A stretch of DNA of 64,000 nt from Octopus vulgaris (lineage: Eukaryota), in assembly GCA_951406725.2 (NCBI GenBank), contig OX597830.1:33914001-33978000 (forward strand), read 5' to 3'. Position numbers and translations under genes: made by a program. Of this stretch, positions 24,359 through 37,330 are shown one piece after another (within the stretch, counting starts at the first letter, position 1; every line of letters starts with the position of its first letter). The notes under the pieces were generated by a model. That model did no database searches. It had not been told where the DNA came from and was given only the letters and a program-made list of their open reading frames with translations.

Positions 24359-25250
24359 TCTAGTACACAATCAGTTTTCTGAAGAGGAGGTGTTTTATAC
24401 TCTAATGATTTGGTTAACTGTAATTCAGAGAATTCTGTATTGCTTGTTTCCTGGGTCTTAATTCTTTTGCTATGTGTATGTATGCTAATTGTGTGTGCAT
24501 GTGTGTGTACGCTACATTGCATAGTAGTTGTAAATGAGTATCAATGTCATACAAGCAGTGTCGTTGATTTCTAATATTCTATGAAATCACGGCTGGTCAT
24601 GGTCATCTTGCTTGGAAATAGATGAGGTTTGATGACTGGAAGAGCATCTGGCCATAGAAAATGTGCCTCAATAAACCTTGTCTGACCCATGCAAGAATGA
24701 AAAACTGGACGTGACGACGATGATGATGTTGATGATGATGATGGTGTCTGTCTGTCTGTCTTTGCTATCTATCCTGCTAACAATACTATTTTTTCCACCT
24801 CACTGACTTCCTCTCTTATTTCATTACTCCCTCTCATCATTCTCTCTCACTTCCACTCACTCTCTATCTGTCTCTGTCTGTCTGTCTCTCTCCCTCTCTC
24901 TCCATCCTCCTCCTCCTCTCTCTCTCTCTCTCTCTCTCTGTGCATCTCTCTTTACCTTCTATATCTTTTGTTAATCTGTTTCTCTCAATTTCATTCTACA
25001 AACTCTTTCATGTAACAATCAGTATTTCTTTCTCTCTCTCTATCCCCCCTCTCTCTCTCTCCACCTTTTCTCTCTACCGCCCTTTCTCTCTCTCTCTCTC
25101 TCTCTCGCTTGCTCTCAGCTGTTTACCTACGTACACATTGTCTTATTGCTCTATTTACATCTCTCCTTTTCTATTTACATATTTCTCTCTCTCTCTCTCT
25201 CTCTCTCAATCTATCTAACTAAACCTCTCCCCCACCCTCCCTCCCTCCCT

Positions 25251-25298
<48 letters not shown>

Positions 25299-25799
25299 TC
25301 TCTCACTCTCAATGCACAGCTGTAAACGTACTCAAATCCCCCAAGAAGTACATTACTCTAAAACCAGTCACTAGCTTACATTTTTTTTTTAATGTTTATT
25401 ACAGCTTGTCAAATTCTTTTTTGCTTTTTTTGTTTTTTTTTTCCTCCTCCTAGCCCCTACCCCCACCCCACCACACCCCGACCCAGCCAATCACCACAAC
25501 CTTCTCTCTCCCCCCTTCCCCCACCCCCATCGTCCTTTCTCACCATATCTTCCTTCCCAAATCTCTCTCCTCGGAAGCTTAGCTTTTCTCGGCCACTGCC
25601 TCCCCCCCCTCTCTCACTCCACCATTCCACCATCTCTCCACTTGTTCCATACATTCTTCGGTGTGATGAGTGCTCAAAGAACACGAAGCGTTAAGCAACT
25701 GTAAGTACAGAGACAAGAAACAGATAAATCCAATAATGGGGGAATTAGTGAAACAGTGGTTGATTTGCATTATGTAAATGATGGTGGAGCCTCTAGCAG

Positions 25800-26590
25800 T
25801 GGTGGCGGTGGTGGTGGTAGCGGTGGTGGTGGTGGTAGTGGTGGTGGTGGTGGTGATGATGTTGCCAGCAGCAATAGGAGGGGATGGCGATGGTGGTGGT
25901 GGTGGTAGTGGTGATGCTGGAAAAAATTGTGTTGCTGTAATGATTATAGAAGTGGTGGTGGTTGTGGTGGTTGTGGTGGTGGTGGTGGTGGTGGTGGTGG
26001 TAGTGGTGGTAGAGAAATCGTGTTGTTGCAGCAATGATTGTAGTGTTGGTGATGGTTGTGTTGGTGGTGGATGCGATGGCAGTGGTTGTGATGGTTGTGT
26101 TGGTGATGGTGGCTGTGATGGAGGTAGTTGTGATGATTGTGTTGGTGATGGTTGTATTGGCAATGGTTGTGTTGGTGGTGGGAGTGGTGGTGGTGGTTGC
26201 AATGGAGGTAGTTGTGATGATTGTGTTGGTGATAGTTGTATTGGCAATGGTTGTGTTGGTGGTGGTGGTGGTGGTGGTTGTAGTGGTGATGGTGGTTGTG
26301 ATGGAGGGAGTTATGATGCTTGTGTTGGTGATGGTTGTGTCACTTGTGGTGGTGGTGTTGGTAGCAATTTTTGCGGTTGTGCTGGTGATAGCAGTATTGG
26401 TGGTAGTTTCAGTGGATGAGTTGGTGGCTGTTGCATTACTGATGGTGGTGGTGGTAGTTGTAGTTGTGGTAGTGGTGGTGGAATTATGCTGCTAGTTTTG
26501 TTGTTTTTATCATGGTAGTGAGGGAGGGAGGGAGGGATGATGACAAGGGTGGTAAATTATACTTCTGTTGTTGTAGCGGTAGTAGTGGTA
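25800..26590. repeat. Degenerate (GGT/GAT/TGT)n tract with an internal duplication of about 84 bp
   Basis: atggaggtagttgtgatgattgtgttggtgat.gttgtattggcaatggttgtgttggtggtgg occurs at about 26118 and 26202. Confidence 0.8.
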
Positions 26591-26591
26591 G

Positions 26592-27820
26592 CGGGCGAAA
26601 TGCTTAGCAGTATTTCATCTGCCGCTACGTTCTGAGTTCAAATTCTGCCGAGGTCGACTTTGCCTTTCATCCTTTCGGGGTCGATCAAATAAGTACCAGT
26701 TACGCACTGGGGTCGATATAATCGACTTAATCTGTTTGTCTGTCCTTGTTTGTCCTCTCTGTGTTTAGCCCCTTGTGGGTAGTAAAGAAATAGGTAGTAG
26801 TGGTAGTGGTTATAATACTGATGATTGTAATGGAACTGGGCTTTTGTTTTTGTTATGTTTATATTTTCATTATAATGATAGCCATAGTGGTTGTGATGGA
26901 GGTAGCAGAATTGTGTTGTTGCTGCTGTTGTTGTTATAGTACAGGCAGTGGTTGTGCTGGAGGTAATAGAATTGTACTATTATTAAGGTGGCATTCTGGC
27001 AGAAACATTAGCACACTGGGTGAAATGCTTAGCGGCATTTCATCTGTCTTTACGTTCTGAGTTCAAATTCCACTGAGGTCAACTTTGCCTTTCATCCTTT
27101 CGGGGTCAATAAATTAAGTACCAGTTGCATACTGGGGTCGATCTAATTGACTGTCCCCTTCCCCCAAAATTTCAGACCTTGTGCCTAGAGTAGAAAAGAA
27201 TATATATATACTTAAGGCAGCAAGCTGGCAGAAACATTAGCACGTCAAGCAAAATGCTTAGCTGTATTTCATCAGTCTTTATGTTGTGAGTTCAAATTCT
27301 GCCAAGGTCAACGTTGCCTTTCACCCTTTTGGGGGAATTTGAACTCAGAACATATAGACAGACAAAATACCACTAAGCATTTCGCCCAGCCTGCTAACAT
27401 TTCTTATTTGTTTATTGCCCACAAGGGGCTAAACGTTAGAGGGGAGAAACAAGGACAGACAAAGGGATTCAGTTGATTACATCGACCCCAGTGCGTAATT
27501 GTTACTTAATTTGTCGACCCTGAAAGGATGAAAGGCAAAGTCGACCTCAGCAGAATTTGAACACAGAATGTAACAGTAGACAAAATACCTCTTTCTTTAC
27601 TACTCACAAGGGGCTAAACACAGAGAGGACAAACAAGGACAGACAAACGGATTAAGTCAATCATATCGACTCCAGTGCGTAACTGGTACTTAATTTATCG
27701 ACCCCGAAAGGATGAAAGGCAAAGTCAACCTCGGTGGAATTTGAACTCAGAACGTAACAGTAGACAAAATACCGCTGAGCATTTCGCCCGGCATGCTAAT
27801 GTTTCTGCCAGCTCACCACC
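26592..27820. mobile_element. Cluster of about six SINE family C copies (plus: 26592-26795, 26986-27200, 27217-27330; minus: 27331-27404, 27404-27590, 27592-27820)
   Basis: Shared gaaatgcttagc..tatttc, gagttcaaattc and gaggtcgactttgcctttcatcctttcggggtcga. The central block resembles, from recollection, the Meta/Sauria-type SINE central domain. Confidence 0.85.
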
Positions 27821-28285
27821 TTATATAATAGTAGACACAGTATTAGTAATAATGTTGTTTAGCCCACAGGTAAGCCTTGATTAACTAAACTCATAACCAA
27901 AAAGGTATTCTAGTTATGACCATCCAACTAATTTTTGCTCAAGCACAATATATCTAAGACTACATCATCCAATGTGTCTCTTTTAAAAACATGGCAGCTT
28001 GCAATTTCAAGATGATCAGCTGCTGTTCCTATCTGGTTGAGCAACCACATAAAACTCGTGTGATTTATGGTGCAACTGTTGTGTCGATGGTAATATATAA
28101 GAGGTGGGTACATATCTGTGATGATGTATAAAAGGGGTTTATGAGAAATGGGTAAGTTATGGGTAGATGATTTATGGCTTCACAGTTGGTTAATTTGAGA
28201 GATGTTGCAGGGAGAATTCATCGATGGGTGGGAAAAATGGTTAACTAAAATCAGACATTCTGAGTATTAGGTGTTCGATGTGATG

Positions 28286-29029
28286 ACAAGTTGATAAATG
28301 TTAGTCATTAGATACAAGCTTTAATTAAAAATAAGTAGTTGGATCTAATTAACAAATTAGATTAAGGTGTTTACAGGACTGTAAATATGGATAGTACCGG
28401 ACTGATCCAGTGTCAAGTGTTGCTTGCTAGTTGAGCTGCTGTATAGAAAGTAAATTGTTCTGCCAAACCAAGAAGCAGCATGAGGTGAGTGAGTCTCTAT
28501 GTGGTTGCTTCATATGCTGAAAATAGCAGATAAATCTCTTTCAGATCATAACTTAACAATGCAAAAAATATATAGAAGTAGATAAATATATACAAGTTGA
28601 TAAATGTTAGGTCATTAGATACAAGCTTTAATTAAAAATATGTAGTTGGATCTAATTAATAAATTAGATTGAAGTGTTTACAGGACTTTAACCCTTTAGT
28701 ATTTGCATTATTCTATTAAATGTAATGCTTATTTATTCACATTGTTTTGAATTAATCCTGCATTATCTTGTAGCTTTGAGATTTTGATGAAGTAACTATT
28801 CATTTTTAGAATTATATAGTAGGGCTGGTGTGAGAGGCCAGATCTGGCCAATTTGAACATAAAACAGGGGAGAATATTTTGGCTGGATATGGCCGGTTTA
28901 AATGCTAAAGGGTTAAATATGGATGAAGCCAGACTGATCCAGTGTCAAGAGCTGTTTGCTAGTTGAGCTGCTGTGTAGAAAGTCTCTTTCATATCATAAC
29001 TTATCAATGTAAAAAAATATATAGAAGTA
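28286..29029 (+). repeat. Tandem duplication of about 300 bp (28286-28580; 28592-29029)
   Basis: acaagttgataaatgttag...tatagaagta repeated; the second copy carries a MITE insertion and a deletion of about 80 bp. Confidence 0.85.
28692..28912. mobile_element. piggyBac-type MITE
   Basis: TTAA (28688-28691) CCCTTTAGTATTT...AAATGCTAAAGGG TTAA (28913-28916). The empty site caggact-gtaa-atatgg is present in the paralogous copy at 28374-28390. Confidence 0.9.
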
Positions 29030-29779
29030 TTTGACGTCTTTTGTTTGTTTCAGTCATTAGACTGTGGCCATGCTGGGGCACCACCTTGAATTTTTAGTCA
29101 GATACATTAACCTCACTATGTTTTTTCTTTTTTTTTCAAGCCTGGTACTTATTCTATTGGTGTCTTTTGCTGAACCGCTAAGCTTTGAGGACATAAACAC
29201 ACCAACACCGGTTGTCAAGTGGTGGTGGGGGACAAACATAGACACACAAACACACACACACATGCAAACATACACACACACACAAACTTAGAACCTAGAG
29301 CCAGAAGAAATGCTGATTAGCATTTTGTCTGGCATGGATTTGAACTCATGACTTTTCGATAAGAATTTCAGTATTTTATCCACCTTGACCATCTTCTTTC
29401 TTTTCTTCTTCTTGTTGATGTTGTTACCTCTGAAGCTTAAACCCAAATCAGGCCTTATCAAACCAGATTATGATGAAAGACACTCTCATAATGACCATCC
29501 TGTTTTAATATTTTTGTCAAAAACTTTTGTTTGTATATCCAGGATTTCATTTCCAAGTATATCTTTCATTTATTTAAAATGGTATGGTGTGATTTGGGGA
29601 GGATTTCATTGTTATTTCTAGCACCTCAAACAATCACAAAGAAACACCATCATTTTCTGGACATCTTAATGTGTAAAGTATAAACAAAACATAAACTTCA
29701 TTTCCACTTTGAATTATTCAATTTCTAAATAATTCTTATTTTATGATACCAATAAATATACAGTCTTATAGATTAACTA

Positions 29780-30370
29780 ATTCATTCGTCACTACTTTGG
29801 CAAAAGATATCTTTTCAAGGAGACAGTCAGAATAATATTGAAGTAGGCTATGTCTATTGTTGCTTGGAAGATCAAAACAATGTTAGTCATTAATGACAAA
29901 ACATTATTTATTATATTTACCTCTTTGCTTAGTTTTTTCTGCTTAGATTATTAACACTCCATGTTGTAAATAACTCTTTCATGATCATATTTATAATTGA
30001 ATGCTCTAAGTGTTTTAATAAATTCTGAAAACAATCTAGAATTTTGGAAAGAATTTGGTAAAAAAAAATAACTAGCTTTGTCATTAAGATGATGTCTGGA
30101 GCATAACTTAACAAAAGGCTCTTATACATAAATATTTATAAAGGAAGGTTTTTTTTATGAAACATGCTTGATTTAAAATGAGATTTTGTATGATAGAGGC
30201 ATTGGTATCATAATTATTTAAATTGTGTAAGTTTGAAAAGAAAGGGTTTAGTATCATTGATCTTGAGGTAGGGCTGGATTAAAACCCGAAGAGGCTTAAC
30301 CAGTTTAACAGATTTTTTCTGGTTTTCGAAGATTGAGATAGAAAAATCTACGAAACTGGTTAAGTCTTTA
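29780..30370 (+). pseudogene. Possible highly decayed Penelope-like 3' remnant
   Basis: Fragments TTLAKDIF and IVAWKI resemble the GIY-YIG tail seen at 37107-37199; a hairpin at 30293-30366 follows CCGAAGA. Confidence 0.3.
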
Positions 30371-31289
30371 AAAAAATAAACTAAAAAACTCCTGGTGCAT
30401 TTTCAACTTCACTTTTCTATATGTGAAATAAACTAACTTTCCTTCTCTCTCTTAATATAATATAAAATAATACAATATAATATAATATAATATAATATCA
30501 TATCATATCGCATCGCATCGCATCGCATCGCATCGCATCGCATCACATCACATCACATCACATCACATCACATCATATCATATCTATACATGCACACACA
30601 CACTCAATAGGCTTCATTTAGTTTCCATCTATCATGTTCAGTTACAACTCATATAGGAGTCAGTATGTGTGACTGTGGGTTCATATTTGGCCTCTTTGGC
30701 TTGACATTGCATGATAAATGTTCATGAATGTCCCCCATCGTAAAAGCAGTATCATTAGTTTATAATCTTCAATGGAAACATATCTGACCATGGGGATATA
30801 ATATTACTTTTCTAGGAAACAGATGAGGGTAGGTGACAGCAGCAGTGTCCAGTTGTGGAAAATGCTGCCTCAACAAATCCTGTCTAACCCATGAAAGTAA
30901 AAAAAAGTGAACATTAGAATGATGATGATGATGATGACAATGATGAGGATAAAGATGATAATCCTGATGAAATGGATGAAGCCTTTATCCATAAACCCAG
31001 AATACTGTTGCATGAAATCTCTGGCATGTTGTTTCTATATGTGAAAGCTAAATTTTAACAGTATACATCCTATACAGATAAATATTGCTTTTGACACTTG
31101 GCAGAAACATGATTTTTGTTATAACAGTTGTTTAACGACCCAGCTCTGTCTTGTTCAAGCAAACCTGTGATCAAAACCAAATTCATCCTAGCCATGACTC
31201 AGCTCCTTTAGTATTTACAGATATAGTGTTTCTAGGACAGTTTGGTAGCTTGTTTTAACACCACCAACTGGTCTTCAGGTAACCTTTAG

Positions 31290-31730
31290 TGGAGACCGCC
31301 CTGTTGTATCTACCACAAGGTCCAGTCCTTGTTGCCCTGTGGTAGCTTGTGTGCCTCAGTGATGTTGAGAACTTTGCCAGCAGAGTTCAAGCTTTTGGCA
31401 GGACATCTCATGCTGTATAGAACAAAGGTTAGAGGCCACATTAATATGAACCACCTTTTCTAAGAGTTAAAAATGGGTTTGCATAGGATCAACACCGTTA
31501 CCTAGAGGAAAGCAAAGTTACAGAAAAATTGATGATAATTTAAAATCAATGAGTCCTGAGAGTGGGACGGCCTTCCCTCATGGAAACACAATGAAGTGAA
31601 GCAAAATCTGAAACAAAGCAGCAAGGAAGCAGGGATCAAATTGGAAAGAAGCAGAAAAGACAGCTCTAACTTGAGAACAACAGAGGAAAGTTGTTGATGA
31701 TCTGAGCTCCATAGAAAATGAAGGGCTGAA
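31290..31730 (+). mobile_element. RTE-like internally deleted element (5' UTR-like block joined to ORF 3' end)
   Basis: gcttgtgtgcctcagtgatg...tggcaggacatctcatgc...aaaggttagaggcca...gttacagaaa resembles RTE 5' regions. 31642-31725 translates WKEAEKTAL..RKVVDDLSSIENEG, like RTE C-termini. Confidence 0.5.
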
Positions 31731-32274
31731 ATCAATGAGTACTATGTTGTATGGATTTGAGCCAAGGCTAAATACTCTTCTCTTGCACTCCATTTTACTA
31801 GTCTTAGAATACAGAGAAAGGCAATGTGTGCTGCCTCATTACCAAAAAAAATATCCAATGTAACCTTCTCTTTCTGACGATAATGTGTTGTCATTTCTGG
31901 AAGATTTTGCCTGTTATTTCCAGTAAATAGAGCAGCCACGTAGAGGCTTTCTTATTAGTTAATGATTGATACAACATTTGAAGTCCACACTGGATATTTT
32001 TTATTTCATTAGCATCTGCAGCAGTAATTTAATGTTATCAAACTGTTTTTTTTTCTTCTTTTTTATTTTGGGTTTAGGATGGGTTAAGGTGTTTTAAGAC
32101 TAAAATCAGCATTGACCATGTAACTTAACACTATTAGATTTTTCCCTTATCTTCCCTCACCAATCATATGACTCTAGCTATAAACTATAATGATAGTGTC
32201 CTTATTATTGCTGTTTCACTCTTTCTTCCTACCTACTCCACACACACACACACACACAAACGTGTAACTGAAGA

Positions 32275-32378
32275 ATTTTAGTCGAATGAATTGACCTTAG
32301 GGATGTAAACATACCAACGGCAGTTGCAAAGCAGGGGTGGGAGACAAACGCATGCACAAAGACACACACATACACTTG

Positions 32379-32416
<38 letters not shown>

Positions 32417-32622
32417 AACACACATACACAAAGATACACATATACACTTACATATATATATATATACACACACATACATACATATTCATACAATGGACTT
32501 CATTCCATTTTCATCTACCAAATTCACTCACAAGGCTTTGGTTGGCCCAAGACTATAGTAGAAGACACTTGCCAAAGGTGCCAAGCAGTGGAACTGAACT
32601 CAAAACCATGTGTTTGGGAAGC
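32275..32622 (-). mobile_element. SINE family A, diverged
   Basis: catctaccaaattcactcacaaggctttggttggccc...tagtagaagacacttgcc. Confidence 0.8.
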
Positions 32623-32666
32623 ACATGATATATGTGTGTGCATGCATGTGTATGTTTGCTGTAAAG

Positions 32667-32993
32667 AGTAAAGAGAGAAGACTCCCTTCAGTCATGCATG
32701 ACCAGGAGATTGCACATAGAAAGTTACTTTCCAAAGCATAAGTCCGGGCAAGGTTGTTTATAGAAGACCAGCAGTCACCCATGCATATCACCCTCCACTC
32801 TCCATGCTACCGATGCTATCCAAGGGAAAGACAAAGGCTGATACAGCTTGGCACTTGTGATGTCACAACTCATTTCTACAGCTGAGTGAACTGGAGCAAT
32901 AGGAAATAGAGTGTCTTGCTCAAGAACACAACACACAGCCCAGTCCGGGAATCAAACTTACTACCTCATGATTGCAAGCTCAACACTCTAACC
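32667..32993 (-). mobile_element. CORE-like SINE (family E); its 5' tip continues at 33507-33530 beyond the MITE
   Basis: Minus strand: ggttagagtgttgagcttgcaatc...gtttgattcccgg...gttgtgttcttgagcaagacact...cagctgtagaaatgag; the body matches 5394-5549. Confidence 0.8.
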
Positions 32994-33137
32994 CAGTGTT
33001 TCTTAATCTATTTACCCTTACGTAACCCTTAAAATAAATTACATGTCTCAAGGAACCCCTACTCAAAAAAAAATTTTTATATACCATATCTTTCTCATAT
33101 TTTTTTCATCATAGTTCACATGGTAAATATCATATAT

Positions 33138-33171
<34 letters not shown>

Positions 33172-33198
33172 CATCATCATTTAACATCCGTTTTCCGA

Positions 33199-33234
<36 letters not shown>

Positions 33235-33506
33235 CCTGCCTTTGTCTTTTGTTTATATATATATATATATATATATACATTACAGACATCACTAAATATA
33301 TCCCCCAATGGTTGTTATATATTTTTGATAACATAATAAGTTAGATAAGATGATGTCTGTATTACAATATTACAATAACCAATAATATATTCTGCATATG
33401 TTACCATAGTGAAATTAACGTTAGCTATCTTATTCTTTCTCACGGAACCCCTAAGAACCTTTTGCGGAACTCTATGGTTCCAGGGAATCTTGATTGAGAA
33501 ACACTT
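32994..33506. mobile_element. hAT-type MITE with 8-bp target site duplication
   Basis: TSD CTCTAACC at 32986-32993 and 33507-33514; TIRs CAGTGTTTCTTAATC / GATTGAGAAACACTT (13/15); subterminal GGAACCCCT motifs. Confidence 0.9.
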
Positions 33507-34384
33507 CTCTAACCATTGAACTATGTATCTTTAATATGTTTACTGTAGACATGGGATTAAGGTATTTAATAGAATTCATGCATGATTTACTTTTAGGCAA
33601 CCATATACTGCTTCAGTGATTTTGCTCATGGCACCCTAATCATAGGTGGAAACATTCTATGCAAGGATTTGAACCTTGTCAAGTTCAAAACTGGTCTGTG
33701 ATTGGAACCACAGTACTGTTGTTTTGAAATTTGTTCTCAGCAGTTCTCAGGTTACCACACATATAGAATTACATCAAATCAAGAGTGAACACACCAGCAC
33801 AAACATACACATATACATACATAATTACATATATATATATACACACACACACATGCACATGATTACACGTACAATTACAATTATATACACAATAATATAC
33901 ACAATTATATATGCGCACATTATAATGTTAGAGATTTCCTTCTTCTTGAATCTAACTCTTCGATGCCATTTACCATATATCATTCATTCTTTATGAATGT
34001 AATTAAAATGCATAATTGCAAAGGCCCTATATTTGAATAATTTATATATATGTTATTTTGTTCTTGTTCCATTTTGGATGTTATTTTTGTTGTTATTGTG
34101 GCTGTTATTGTTGTTTCATATCTTCAATATTATTTTGTTAATAACTACAACAACAACAACAACAACGATGGTAACGACGTCATCATCAACGAAAACAACA
34201 ATAATGAGATCGGTGACAATTAGGAAGTAGATGAATAGGATTATGCTGATGATGAGGGGGCAATAATTATGCTGTCAGTGATGATGATGATGAGTAATAA
34301 TTATGAATACGACAATAATGATGATGGTGGCGAGGGTGGGGTGAAGATGATGATGATGATGGTGATGCTGCTGGAGACAATAAC

Positions 34385-34775
34385 TACAGTTATTCACTCT
34401 ACATCTAATTTCCAATCATTAACTGCCAAAAATTGTTAATATTTCAACACAACAACTGACTTTCATCAGATGAAATAATTAGAAAGAAATATAAAAAAAA
34501 AAAAACATAGAAAAAAAAAATAATAATAAACCAAAAAACAAAGAAACAAAAGTGAAAAATTAAAGAGAAAAAAATCAAAATCAAATGGAATGAAATCAAA
34601 TCAAATATTATTGAATGTTAATATCCATTTTCTGGAATTCCCAAACATGATGTAAGCAGTGTTTAATTTACTTAAATGCCATTAATAATTCTTGTAATAA
34701 CTCCAGCTTAGGTTGGACAGAGGGAAATAAACTCACAAATTAGACCATTAGCAATATAATTTCAGGAATTAACTA
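34385..34775. promoter_or_regulatory. Candidate conserved non-coding or enhancer island
   Basis: Repeat-free blocks rich in TAAT/ATTA homeodomain cores, flanked by simple repeats; inference only. Confidence 0.2.
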
Positions 34776-35467
34776 GCGCGCACACACACATACACATACA
34801 CACATACACAGACAAACACACATGGCTATACGTGCATAGATATACATATAGATATATATAAACACTCATACACATATATATATATTAATTGATTGATTAA
34901 TACAAAACTCAGTCAAATGGAGAATTTTTTAATTAAAAATTTATATATATTCTCATTTAATATATATAGTTTTCAATTTTGTGATATGGGTGCATGAATA
35001 TATATACATACATACATACATATACATACATATTATATATATAAACTTCAATGACAATTATATAGCATTTATATACAATATGATATAGATATATTAGTAG
35101 AGGCTTAATGATTTATTTTACATATCTTATTAAGAATATACTTATATATATTTTGACATTTTTCAAAATTGATGAGTATATTCATGTATATATTTATATA
35201 TATTTGTGTGCATCTGTGTATGACTCTGTGTGTGTGTGTGCATTTATGTATGTATATATATATGTGTGTGTGTAAATGTATATATGTATATGTATATGTG
35301 TGTGTGTATATATCATATATATACATATATATTGTATTTTATATATACTGTATTCAATGTGTATGCATATATATAATGCATTTGTAAATTTGTATATAAA
35401 TTATTATATATAATTTTAAAATATATATAAATAATATATTTATATATAATTGAAAGAATAAGCTCTA

Positions 35468-35523
<56 letters not shown>

Positions 35524-35899
35524 GACAAGCTAGGAAAATTTCAGGGAGCTATTACCACTGCTGGCAACAAAGGTTTCTTTTCTCTCGGAATGAAGGGCAG
35601 ATTGAACAATGCTTGTGAAATATTTCTCTTCAAGTTCCTAATTTTTTGGCAAATGAAGGAATTTTTAACAACAATATTCAATATTCAGTGTTGTTAAAAA
35701 AAAGGGGTTTGGAAGATAGAATTAAGTATTTTCCTCCAGGTAAACAACAGAACTGCACTAAAAGAATCAGTAATACTCATAAAGGTAGAAATATTCTACC
35801 TTTATTCAAAACTCTATGAATAGAAAAACAAAGCGTAAACTAACAAAAATATCATTAATACTAAACTGCAAACCACAGAAGATCAGAATACCCATAAAT

Positions 35900-37330
35900 A
35901 TATAACAGATAAACAGAAAAATGGATAATGAAGATTGGATAATGGTAAACACAAACAAATAGTAGGCAAACCAACAAAACCTCCCAGTAAGCTAACATAG
36001 ACATCACTCAGTACAAATGGTATAGCAAATAGATTGAAACCCACGGTCCAGTGCAGGACAATATCCAAATATGGTCATGTAAGAAGCTGTGCATATAAAG
36101 ATTAAAATATTGAAGATACCAATATATTTCATACTCACAACACACTAACAAACATAAGCAATTTAAAATAGTCCATAAAAAATAAATTAAACTTTTATTT
36201 GTTCTAATTCCAAAATAACAATTTCACCTGAACCACAATTTCACTAGAAAACCACAAAATGATATATAGTCTTACTCAAACACCATTGAATATAGTTAAC
36301 AGTGAGAAAAGGAAAAGTAATATAACATGGTATAATGCGCCTTATACAAAAATCTTCATCTTCAATATCCCCAGAGTCTTCTTTAATATTCTAAAAAAAT
36401 AAAAATCCTTATACTTTTTAAATATCATAGCATCTTCATAGTAAAATGGTAAAATTCCCATACTCTGCAATACAACAGTGACTACTCAAACACCTCAAAA
36501 ACATCTCAAAAATTAACAAATGTATCAGGTAAAACCTCTAATCTAGAAATTTTAATGCTCAACTAATGGCAGAAGATAAACCCCTATACATTCAATATTA
36601 AGTGAATATTATAATGATGATGATGATAATAATAATAATAATACGAAGAAGAAGAAGAAATCAAATAATCTTGACAGCAGGAATTAGGATCCAAGCTATT
36701 CATTAAATGGGTAAACCACTGATGTGAACAACAATAACAAAAATCATACCCTGAAGAAGGACAATACCATAAAGATAAATTTGAAATTTGTTACAACCCA
36801 AAACGGATAGCAAATATGTAAAGTCTTATATTCCTTTTAATACTAATAAAAACACTGATAAAAACAGTAACAGATAGGACAAAAATATTATAAATATTAA
36901 TAAGAAAATTTCAACTATTCCAAAACACCTGGAATTCTCAGCATCAAACTCAAACACTTGTCAGTGAAGAATAATTACTAATTGTCTCCTTCAAAGTAGG
37001 TGCTAATAGGAAATACAATAATGCTAGAAAACAATAAATATTACATGAACAGTTCTACATCAAGCACATTTAAGTGCCACAATGTTATGCTTAGACATAC
37101 TTTTTAAATAATAGAAAATTATGTAAAACAACTTCACTTGCAGAATACATATGGAGCTTGAAATCTAAAGTTATTAGTTTCACAGCACAATGGACTATCA
37201 CAGAAAATAAGATGAAGATCATAGACTTTGTACAATAGAAAGGGTTTGAAATGTTAGCAGATAAAAAAAAACAACTTAATCTGAGAATGAGAGCATCATA
37301 TCCTGTAAAATATAAATTTCTCAGAACTTA
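35900..37330 (+). pseudogene. Decayed Penelope-like element (Neptune-type linker and GIY-YIG region)
   Basis: 36307-36351 KRKSNITWYNAPYTK (cf. RKRNIIWFNPPY); 37107-37199 NNRKLCKTTSLAEYIWSLKSKVISFTAQWTI (cf. TxLSKYIWxLK...WxI); many stops and frameshifts. Confidence 0.7.
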
